A stretch of DNA of 32,240 bases from a virus (lineage: Duplodnaviria; Caudoviricetes), in the IMG/VR virus record IMGVR_UViG_3300033146_001876, positions 1 to 32,240 of that record. The stretch is one strand, 5' to 3'. Below the pieces are notes generated by a model. It did not search any database. It saw only the letters and a program-made list of their open reading frames with translations, and was not told the origin of the DNA. Of the stretch, positions 1 through 8,383 are shown piece after piece (the first letter of the stretch is position 1; every line of letters starts with the position of its first letter). Position numbers and translations under genes: made by a program.

Positions 1-1
1 A

Positions 2-124
2 GCAAATGGTGGTGGACAATATGATATTGATCGAGTACGTTTACACGATACGAATGGAAACGATCATAATTTTCTACAACAAATTGAATTTGGACCACAA
101 GAACCAACAGAACATCCAATTTAA
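2..124 (+). CDS. 3' end of an upstream gene (partial), probably a baseplate wedge subunit (gp6 position)
   Basis: Open frame from position 2 (ANGGGQYDIDRVRLHDTNGNDHNFLQQIEFGPQEPTEHPI) to TAA at 122-124, directly before the RBS of the next gene; identity from synteny only. Confidence 0.5.
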   Translation, partial: ANGGGQYDIDRVRLHDTNGNDHNFLQQIEFGPQEPTEHPI

Positions 125-137
125 ATGAAGGTATAAA

Positions 138-2936
138 ATGTATATTTATCCACAATGGACATTTAAGAAAAATTTTGAAGTTGATTTATTTACAGGTCAT
201 ATTGTAAAAATCACAGACAATAATAAATGGGATGCTAGAGCCTACATTACAGATGTTTTTGATTATAGTTCTGGTTCTTCTGACTTAGTTAATACTGGAA
301 TCAAAGTTTATCATAACACTAATGAAGGTGAAGTTACTGATTATGCTGTTGGTATCACTGGTGAGGATTATCCAAATAATATAACAATGCCTAATCAATT
401 AGCATTCGGATTTCATTTTCATGATAATAGTTTAGATATTATTCATAATGGGTCTATTGCTTTTCATATTGCCGAAGCATTAAACACAGCTTACTTTATG
501 GAAATTGAAGATGATCAAACTCTTCGCGTGTTTTATGAAGATGAAGATCGTAATCCTATTGAAATCTTAGATTGTTCTACAGTATTAGATAATGATATAT
601 ATCATGTAATTTTATTAGCTGCCACGGCTAAATATACGGATTTAAAAATTCAAATTGATCAAGATGGTGTTAAAGCAAAACACATTTTAGATGTTCAATA
701 TACATTAGATGAAACTAATTTTATAAGTTTATATGAACAACCATATGATGTTCCAATCATTGCGAATAAAATTAGGGTATCAACAAATTCAAATATTCGT
801 GAGTTATCCTTAAATAAAGATTCGATTAAAGTTTATCGTTATCTCCCCAGTGAAGAAAATCCTGATTTAAATAAAGAATTGGTGTATTATGATGTTCCTG
901 ACCAATGGGGAACGAATGATTATTTTGATATTATTATTCATGAATTTTTAAGTGGATATGTGTATCAAGTTGTAATCGGTACAAAAAATAATAAATTAAT
1001 AAGTTATACTAAATGGAGACATATTATTGATAATTTGGAAACAGATTATTATACAAATATGGATAATTTAGAATTTGTTAATATGTTATATGATGTAATT
1101 TTAGAGCGACAATCTTTTCAACCACCCTCACAATCAGCATTAGATTATTGGGTTGGTAATTTAGATAATGAAGTTTTCACAAGGGAATATGTTGTGATAC
1201 GTTTTGCAGAATGTCCTGAATATGCTGCCAAACAACCACCAAAATCTCCGCCTGAATATGAAATTCCTTTTGAATTACAAACTTGTGTATTTGAAGTTGA
1301 GGGTGAAATACCCAAAGTTGACGAAGTAACATTAAATCAATTCTTTAATGATATTTATTTTAAGGCACGTAATTTAGATACATTAATTGATATTGATAAA
1401 ATTGTTCATGAGATATCTGAAATATTTGATTATGAATATAGTGCGACTGAATTTAATGCTGAAACAAAAGATTATTTTAAAGTTATTGATCCCGAAAAAG
1501 AAGAAAAGGGATTAAAAAATGTAGATCAAATGATGGAATTTGAGAACAGCAAGATAATTGAAAAATTATTTGTTAGTGAATATCTTCCTGAATACACAAA
1601 ATATATGAAGGATTTAAATGATCCAGATCTTGTTATTATTAATGCTTCAGAAGCAGAAAATTTAAAAGAATTGCTTTTTAAAAATATTACTTTAATGAAC
1701 TATTTCAAAGGTAATAGAACACAGATGCAATTTTTAATTTCTATTTTTAGTTCATCAATTGGATATTATTATGTGTCTGTTGATGCTGATCCATATCATA
1801 ATTTTGTTTATCGTGTAAGTACGACATTACCAAAGAAATATTGGATTGATGATATTAAAGATATAACTCATCCTTTGGGTTGGGATGATTTTTATGTATA
1901 TATTCCAAAAGATGCGTTAAATTGGCATCAAATGAAGTTACTTTCTCCTGAAGATTTTGAAGAATTTTGGGAAATGCATTCAAAATTAGCTCCAATATCT
2001 TATGTAGATATTGCTGATTATCTTGATGAGAATGGTGATGTTTTCAGATACGGAACATATGTTGGAAACGCAATGTTATATGATTTAACCTCTCCTAAAG
2101 AATTTCCTTTTGGTGAAACACAATATAATGTTAGGGTTGATTATCAAAATAGTGATAAATCAACAGCAACAGATGGATTATTTTATAATTTGCGATCCGA
2201 AATACGAACTGTTGAAGTCGATATTGCTATTCCTGAACCTCGAATTGTGGGTGGTCAAAAACCACTATTTAATTTAACACAATATGGAAATGAATTTGAA
2301 TTGGAATTTTTAAGATCAGGAATAGCAGCACAATATAAATGGCGAATTTATAGAGGTGAGACTTATTTAGGTTCAATTCAAACATATATACCAAAATTTA
2401 AATATATCGGTGATCCAAATTCTGTTTATAATATTGTATTAGATTTAAAATTTGACAACCAATTACAAATGTCAATTTGTAATTATGTATTAGATGGTAG
2501 ACATTCAAAATTTAAAACAGCATTATTAAAAGGTTATATTGATACTTTCATAAACCAATCTGTTAATAATAAATATGATACAAATGGAGCTATGTTAGTT
2601 GGTGATTCGGGTTCTGAAAAAGAATATAAATTCACAGAATCTAATTATAATGCTGAAATGGATTTTACTAAAATTCACTCAATAATTCCAAATATAAATA
2701 TTATAAAAGATGGAACAAAATATGAAATCGTATTAAATGAAGGTTCAACCGAAAATTTAATTTATGGTTTGTTTAATGAATACCAATGGATTATTAGCGA
2801 TTCTGGCGAAAAAATATATGAAGTAACAACTCCTTCTAATTCAATAATTATTAATGAAATAGGACTATTAGTAGAAGTCTTTTTAATTAGAAATGGGCAG
2901 CGATTTAACGGTCCAAACCCAATCACAACAACATAA
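138..2936 (+). CDS. Large baseplate wedge subunit, T4 gp7-like, with accessory domains (Ig-like segment and DUF4214-like domain)
   Basis: 932 aa; YFKGNRTQMQFLISIF and later ITHPLGW resemble the KG...HPxG motifs of gp7/P2 gpI-type wedge proteins; EFVNMLYDVILER...LDYWVGNL...TREYVVIRFAECPEY matches the DUF4214 pattern; lies before a gp8-like gene. Confidence 0.6.
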   Translation: MYIYPQWTFKKNFEVDLFTGHIVKITDNNKWDARAYITDVFDYSSGSSDLVNTGIKVYHNTNEGEVTDYAVGITGEDYPNNITMPNQLAFGFHFHDNSLDIIHNGSIAFHIAEALNTAYFMEIEDDQTLRVFYEDEDRNPIEILDCSTVLDNDIYHVILLAATAKYTDLKIQIDQDGVKAKHILDVQYTLDETNFISLYEQPYDVPIIANKIRVSTNSNIRELSLNKDSIKVYRYLPSEENPDLNKELVYYDVPDQWGTNDYFDIIIHEFLSGYVYQVVIGTKNNKLISYTKWRHIIDNLETDYYTNMDNLEFVNMLYDVILERQSFQPPSQSALDYWVGNLDNEVFTREYVVIRFAECPEYAAKQPPKSPPEYEIPFELQTCVFEVEGEIPKVDEVTLNQFFNDIYFKARNLDTLIDIDKIVHEISEIFDYEYSATEFNAETKDYFKVIDPEKEEKGLKNVDQMMEFENSKIIEKLFVSEYLPEYTKYMKDLNDPDLVIINASEAENLKELLFKNITLMNYFKGNRTQMQFLISIFSSSIGYYYVSVDADPYHNFVYRVSTTLPKKYWIDDIKDITHPLGWDDFYVYIPKDALNWHQMKLLSPEDFEEFWEMHSKLAPISYVDIADYLDENGDVFRYGTYVGNAMLYDLTSPKEFPFGETQYNVRVDYQNSDKSTATDGLFYNLRSEIRTVEVDIAIPEPRIVGGQKPLFNLTQYGNEFELEFLRSGIAAQYKWRIYRGETYLGSIQTYIPKFKYIGDPNSVYNIVLDLKFDNQLQMSICNYVLDGRHSKFKTALLKGYIDTFINQSVNNKYDTNGAMLVGDSGSEKEYKFTESNYNAEMDFTKIHSIIPNINIIKDGTKYEIVLNEGSTENLIYGLFNEYQWIISDSGEKIYEVTTPSNSIIINEIGLLVEVFLIRNGQRFNGPNPITTT

Positions 2937-2945
2937 GGTGAAAAA

Positions 2946-4526
2946 ATGGCAGTAGAATTTAATCTATTATCAGGTGCGACAATCGACAATCAATTAAGAC
3001 TTCTTTATGAAATACTTCGCGGTGGGGAAGCTTATTTGGGGTTTTCAAGATCTCATGAAACTTGGGGTCAAGGTACACTTTGCCGTTATAATCCAGTTTC
3101 AGGACAAACCTGGCCCAATGATATAATTGGTGAATCAACTGGCGCAGAAATTTATGATGATCAACATCGTTTGATGAATATCAGTAATGATGGTACAACT
3201 GCCGTTCAAGTTGCTAGATTTGAATATTTAGATGGTCAACCAGAATATCCAATTTCAAACACTGATCACTTGACATATTTATCTGATGTTGGGCAAAATG
3301 GTGTTGTCCATGGGATGGATAATATTGAATGTATTTTCATTAACAATAAATGGATTACATTAAGGGGTATTGATCCAACTTATGAATTCTTACTCTATGA
3401 TTTAGAAGATGAAAATATTCGTTATAAATATTTCATCATGAATTATGAAAAGAATATTGATAATTTATTGGAAATTGAAATCATTAAAGAATTTGAATAT
3501 CCTGGTTTAAGCACAAGAGTTCAATTGAAATTTGGTGAAATTGGTTCTATGGATGCTACAATTGCAGATATAGTTCCAGGTTGTTCAGATTTAGAACGAA
3601 GAGTTAATTTAAATGGGGAATATTTAGTTACAGGTATTGGTGATACATTCATTAACTGGATGGATAATGATGAAACAGCCAAAAACTCAACATTCTTTTT
3701 AGTTGATGTTGATGGTGCTTTGTTAGTTGATGGTATTCAATATGAAGAAACTTTTATCTCGAATACTGAAAATGCTTACATTTTTAGTTATGAAATTAGT
3801 AATTCAGAAGCTGGAACAAGTGTAACCTCAAGAAAAGTTCGTTTTAAATTAACTACATTATCAAATATCAATAATCGATTTAGTGTATTTAAAGAATCTT
3901 TACCTGTTCAATCACATGTTTCTCCTGTAGCCGATAATAATCCTCCAGGATTACCAATTTCATATGTTCGTTCACAGGACATTCATGAATCTATCTTTGA
4001 TGTTGTTGGTTTACATCAATTAAATCAACCAGAAGTATTTTTAGCATATGAGATTCAAGCTCCATATGATGCGACTAATCCTATTTGGCAACATTTTGAA
4101 GATCTCAGATTAGAATTAAATGATCCAAATCTTATGAAATTTGATACAATTGAAATTGATGAGGATTATATAACGGGTGTAACAATTACTAAAATGTATG
4201 CGTTAACACAAGATTTAAGTATAGGGTCAGCGGAAAATTTCAATTTGGTTATGGTTAGTGCTGAATTAGATAAAGATACACCAACAACTGATATATACCG
4301 CCAAATTTTTATATCTTGGAAACCAAAATATTATGATGGTTTAACTTCTTCATTAACAAAATGTGGAACCGGAAATAATATTGGTCCTGAATATAATAAT
4401 CGGGTTACATTTTTTGATCCAGATGATCATATGAATAATTTAGGAACATTATTTTATGTTGCTAATAAAATGCCTGTTTATAGAGGTTATATTGATGGAA
4501 ACGAACAATTCAAAATTATTTTATAA
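2946..4526 (+). CDS. gp8: Baseplate wedge subunit, T4 gp8-like
   Basis: N-terminal YLGFSRSHETW and C-terminal YRQIFISWKP...GTLFYVANKMPVYRGYIDGNEQFKIIL match gp8 family end motifs; RBS AAGGTG. Confidence 0.7.
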   Translation: MAVEFNLLSGATIDNQLRLLYEILRGGEAYLGFSRSHETWGQGTLCRYNPVSGQTWPNDIIGESTGAEIYDDQHRLMNISNDGTTAVQVARFEYLDGQPEYPISNTDHLTYLSDVGQNGVVHGMDNIECIFINNKWITLRGIDPTYEFLLYDLEDENIRYKYFIMNYEKNIDNLLEIEIIKEFEYPGLSTRVQLKFGEIGSMDATIADIVPGCSDLERRVNLNGEYLVTGIGDTFINWMDNDETAKNSTFFLVDVDGALLVDGIQYEETFISNTENAYIFSYEISNSEAGTSVTSRKVRFKLTTLSNINNRFSVFKESLPVQSHVSPVADNNPPGLPISYVRSQDIHESIFDVVGLHQLNQPEVFLAYEIQAPYDATNPIWQHFEDLRLELNDPNLMKFDTIEIDEDYITGVTITKMYALTQDLSIGSAENFNLVMVSAELDKDTPTTDIYRQIFISWKPKYYDGLTSSLTKCGTGNNIGPEYNNRVTFFDPDDHMNNLGTLFYVANKMPVYRGYIDGNEQFKIIL

Positions 4527-4537
4527 GGTAGTATAAA

Positions 4538-6421
4538 ATGGATAGTTATAAAACACCAGATAATGCTTCAATTTTCAATTTCAAGAGAATTCAAAATGAT
4601 TTCCATGAAGCTATAGGTTTTCAAGAATTTCATAACAAGATTTTAAATCCATTCTTTCTTGAAACACGAAATAGTTCTGTATTCAATTGGCATTCTTTAT
4701 TGGGTGTTGATGTAGATACTCCTTCTGCTATTGATATAGATAAGAAAACTATTACTTATCTATACACAGGCTTGGGTTCTATTACACAGGATTTAAAATT
4801 AGGATTAGATAAAGAGTATACAATTGTTGTTGAATTAGATAGTTCAAATTCAGGGGCGTTAATGAGTCTTGATGTTATTTCGGATTCATTGGATTTAATT
4901 TTTCATGATGTTTTAGTTGATACCGCACAGGCACAAATTTCAAATGGCGTTTCTACACTTAGATTCAAAACTAAAGAAAATGGCGTTTTGGGTCATATTG
5001 AATTAAGAATTACTAATAATTCTGATACTGAAAATACAGAAATAACCTTCAAAAATATTGTAATGACAGAAGGAAATATTGCTCTTTTGGGCGCACGTTA
5101 CTCTGAGATTGATGAAAAAATTCGTTGGAATAACGCAAATTCATATTGGGAAATTTCTATTGATGATTGTGTAACTTGGGAACGAATTTGGACAGCCGGA
5201 GATGATTTTGATGATAAATTAAATTATCTTATTGATCAAAGAACAATTGGTTTAATTCATCAAGATAATGTATTGGCAGGTGAAGGTATCACAATAACAC
5301 CATCCAGTGTTGATGATGGAATGGGTGGTGAATGGCCCAGCATTATTATCAGTGGAGAAGGTGGTGGTTCTGGTTCAGGTGATGGTGATTGGACAAGAGA
5401 AGATGTTTATTATCAAGCATTATTAGAATGTTCTGATTTTTCTTATGTAACTTACAATATTTTAGATGAACAAGGTGATGTAGTATTAAATGGTGGAGCA
5501 ACATATTCTGGTGATGGTGATGATAAAGGACGTGGTTCAATATTTGGTTCAATAACAGATAGTTTTGAAACAGGGAATTTAATACCACAAGCTGGTCCAT
5601 ATACAACATTTTATGTTGATGCTGTAACCGAAAATGATATTCAAATGTTAGTTGAATATTCAATATCAAATGGTTCTGGATATAGTGGTTGGACATCATG
5701 TAATATTAAGGAATTAATTATTTCACCAAATCCTTTTTCTCAATTAAAATTAAGATATACTTTTAATGTTTCAGGTATTAATAAGGTATATTCTTTTGGT
5801 ATTTTATATGGTCATGATGAAATTGCTGGGATGTTACCATTGGGATTTTTAGAAACACTAACTATTAATTCACCCACTGGAACACAAATAAATATACCAA
5901 ACGGACGGTGGTATCACAAAGATGGTAAATCTTTAGAATTATTTTATGATGGTCTTAGATTATTATATGGTGTTGAATATTCAGAAATTAATGTTGGTTA
6001 TCCCGATAAAAGTAATAAAATCTCTTTAAATTTTGACTTGGAGAATACCAAAACATTAGTATTTAAAGAAATTTATGGTACAGGAAGTACAGGCGTTTCG
6101 GGTGGGGGTGGTGTCGCTAATGTTCCATGGAGTGTCGCTTTAACAGGTCATTCATGTGTCGCTTTTGAAAAATTAATGATTGACACAACCACTGCTCCGA
6201 TATCAATCACATTGCCAGCAGGTTCGGTTGGGGATGAAATTCAAATTATAGATAAACATGGTACTTTTTCTATAAATAATTTAACATTACAAAGTACAGA
6301 AGATATAATGAATTCTTCAAGTGATTACATTCTCACTGAAAATTTCACTCACGCAACTATTGTATATGTGGACGCAACTGTTGGTTGGAGAGTTTACTTC
6401 TACTATAGCTTTTCACATTAA
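4538..6421 (+). CDS. Virion structural protein, putative baseplate-fibre adaptor (paralogue of 8384..10927)
   Basis: 627 aa, Gly-rich linkers; C-terminal DTTTAPISITLP...GDEIQIID..GTFSINNLTL domain typical of T4-like fibre/connector proteins; colinear similarity to ORF 8384. Confidence 0.55.
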   Translation: MDSYKTPDNASIFNFKRIQNDFHEAIGFQEFHNKILNPFFLETRNSSVFNWHSLLGVDVDTPSAIDIDKKTITYLYTGLGSITQDLKLGLDKEYTIVVELDSSNSGALMSLDVISDSLDLIFHDVLVDTAQAQISNGVSTLRFKTKENGVLGHIELRITNNSDTENTEITFKNIVMTEGNIALLGARYSEIDEKIRWNNANSYWEISIDDCVTWERIWTAGDDFDDKLNYLIDQRTIGLIHQDNVLAGEGITITPSSVDDGMGGEWPSIIISGEGGGSGSGDGDWTREDVYYQALLECSDFSYVTYNILDEQGDVVLNGGATYSGDGDDKGRGSIFGSITDSFETGNLIPQAGPYTTFYVDAVTENDIQMLVEYSISNGSGYSGWTSCNIKELIISPNPFSQLKLRYTFNVSGINKVYSFGILYGHDEIAGMLPLGFLETLTINSPTGTQINIPNGRWYHKDGKSLELFYDGLRLLYGVEYSEINVGYPDKSNKISLNFDLENTKTLVFKEIYGTGSTGVSGGGGVANVPWSVALTGHSCVAFEKLMIDTTTAPISITLPAGSVGDEIQIIDKHGTFSINNLTLQSTEDIMNSSSDYILTENFTHATIVYVDATVGWRVYFYYSFSH

Positions 6422-6433
6422 AAGAGACTAAAT

Positions 6434-7882
6434 ATGTCAGAACAAATTGTAAATAAAATTGATGGTATTGGAAGAAATATAATCAAAAAAACCACAACGG
6501 TTGAACGTATTACACCAAATCTAATAGCTTATGAACAAAGATTACATGATTTGGAAAATACAATTGGTGGTTTTGATTGGCGAATTTCAAATAAAGTTAA
6601 TATTTCTGATTATTCAGATACCGACATTTTAAACAAAATCAAAACGGTTGATGGTACAGGTTCGGGTTTAGACTCAGATTTGTTAGATGGTCATAGTGCT
6701 AGTTATTTTTCACCACAAATCACAACATATACCAAAACTGAAGTTGATAGTTTAATTGCTAATTCTGGTGGGGGTGGAACTTCCGAAACACCGGAAAGTA
6801 TTTTATTAAAAATCAAAACAGTTGATGGTACAGGTTCGGGTTTAGATGCTGACTTATTAGATGGTCATAGTGCTAGTTATTTTTCACCACAAACAACAAC
6901 ATATACTAAAACTGAAGTTGATAGTTTAATTGGTAGTGGTGGGAGTTCTGAAACACCATCAAGTATTTTATTAAAACTTAAAACGGTTGATGGTGCTGGT
7001 AGTGGTTTAGATGCTGACTTATTAGATGGTCGAAGTGCTAGTTATTTTTCATCAACGACACATATTCATGATGATCGTTATTTCACTGAAACAGAATGCA
7101 ATACTAATTTCTTAGGTAAAACTGCAAAAGCTGCTGATTCAAATTTATTAGATGGGATTGATGGTAATTATTATAGAGGGAAGAATTATGGTTCGAATAG
7201 TCAAGATCCAAATTTAGTTACATATCCAAATATTTTAAGTAATCATTCTCATACACCATCATCGGCATATTACTGGTATATAACTACAACTTTTTATGGA
7301 AATCCATCTTCTACCTCCAACAGAGGTCAAATAGCTGTTCAATATAATGGTGGGTCGGGTTTTGCTGTGTACGCAAGAAGTTGTTATTCAACTAATTGGA
7401 CTCCTTGGGTTAAATTGGATAATAATAATATTGTTGCTACTGAAGCACTATTAGCAGCTCAAGCTACTAAATTACAACATCCAAGAACAATAGATATTGT
7501 TGGAGATATTACTGCTAATGCGGTGGCTTTTGATGGAACAGCCAATATTGCCATTAATGCTCAAGTTAATAATGATAGTCATTATCATACAGCCGGAACA
7601 ATAAATATGGCTGCGAGTCATGGAACAAATGGATATGTGAAATTAGCTACCGGAACTTATATACAATGGGGTTATGGAACACAAACTTCAGATACTGATG
7701 TAAATATTTATTTTCCAATAGCATTCCCAACAGCGTGTTTAAATGTTACTTCAACAAGATATAGTACACACTCAAAATATCCATCTCACATTTATCGCTA
7801 TTATAGAACTTATTTTGTGAAATCAAGACCGGATGAAATAAACAGCACTCATTCGTTTTTATGGCAAGCAATAGGATATTAA
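6434..7882 (+). CDS. Tail fibre protein 1
   Basis: Three KTVDGxGSGLD(A/S)DLLDG repeats, knob-like segment ending WTPWVKL, C-terminal GYVKLATGTYIQWG...FPIAFP...WQAIGY fibre-tip domain; followed by a chaperone gene. Confidence 0.85.
   Translation: MSEQIVNKIDGIGRNIIKKTTTVERITPNLIAYEQRLHDLENTIGGFDWRISNKVNISDYSDTDILNKIKTVDGTGSGLDSDLLDGHSASYFSPQITTYTKTEVDSLIANSGGGGTSETPESILLKIKTVDGTGSGLDADLLDGHSASYFSPQTTTYTKTEVDSLIGSGGSSETPSSILLKLKTVDGAGSGLDADLLDGRSASYFSSTTHIHDDRYFTETECNTNFLGKTAKAADSNLLDGIDGNYYRGKNYGSNSQDPNLVTYPNILSNHSHTPSSAYYWYITTTFYGNPSSTSNRGQIAVQYNGGSGFAVYARSCYSTNWTPWVKLDNNNIVATEALLAAQATKLQHPRTIDIVGDITANAVAFDGTANIAINAQVNNDSHYHTAGTINMAASHGTNGYVKLATGTYIQWGYGTQTSDTDVNIYFPIAFPTACLNVTSTRYSTHSKYPSHIYRYYRTYFVKSRPDEINSTHSFLWQAIGY
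6635..7052 (+). repeat. Intragenic tandem repeat, about 170-bp unit, 2.5 copies, encoding GSGLDADLLDG fibre repeats
   Basis: aaaac(g/a)gttgatggt...ggtttaga...ttagatggtc...agtgctagttatttttca recurs near 6640, 6815 and 6980. Confidence 0.85.
7482..7581 (+). repeat. Left copy of 100-bp inverted repeat shared with 25642..25741
   Basis: caagaacaatagatattgttggagat...aataatgatagtca equals the reverse complement of 25642-25741 with one mismatch (7560). Confidence 0.95.
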
Positions 7883-7883
7883 A

Positions 7884-8360
7884 ATGATATATTACGCTCA
7901 TTATAATCAAACAACTAATATGATTGAGGGATGGTATAATGATGAAGTTCATGAAATCATTCCAACACCAAATGTTGAAATCTCTTTTGATAATTGGCAA
8001 ACAGCAATAACTCAACACCATAATAAAATCGATTTATCAACTGGAAATTCTTTTTTTGAATATCAAGAACCAATTTTAACCACAGCCGAACGTCTATTAA
8101 AAGAACGAAAAGAATTTACTAATGAAAGACATAAATTAGTTAGTGAAATTATTGTTCAGGTTAATGATAAAGAATTCAATGGTGATGAAGAAAGTCAAAC
8201 AAGAATGGCAAGAGCTATTCTTGCTGCGGATATTGTTAATCGTGATACTGTTAATTGGACTTTAGCTAATAATGAATCAATAGAAGTAACATTAGAAGAA
8301 TTAAAAATGGCTTTAGTAAAATCTTTAGAAGAAATGGCTGATCTATGGGTTCAACCATAA
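7884..8360 (+). CDS. Tail fibre assembly chaperone (Tfa-like N-terminus, DUF4376-like C-terminus)
   Basis: GWYNDEVHEIIP..VEISFDNWQ N-terminus and FNGDEESQTRMARA...WTLANN...VTLEEL C-terminus; directly after the fibre gene. Confidence 0.75.
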   Translation: MIYYAHYNQTTNMIEGWYNDEVHEIIPTPNVEISFDNWQTAITQHHNKIDLSTGNSFFEYQEPILTTAERLLKERKEFTNERHKLVSEIIVQVNDKEFNGDEESQTRMARAILAADIVNRDTVNWTLANNESIEVTLEELKMALVKSLEEMADLWVQP

Positions 8361-8383
8361 ATCATTTAAATTAGGAAAAAAAT

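Noticed and set aside
7482-7581. DGR template/variable repeat interpretation of the 100-bp fibre repeat
   Set aside because: Only one mismatch (C/T on the coding strands), both copies are mid-gene coding sequence, and no reverse transcriptase is in the window
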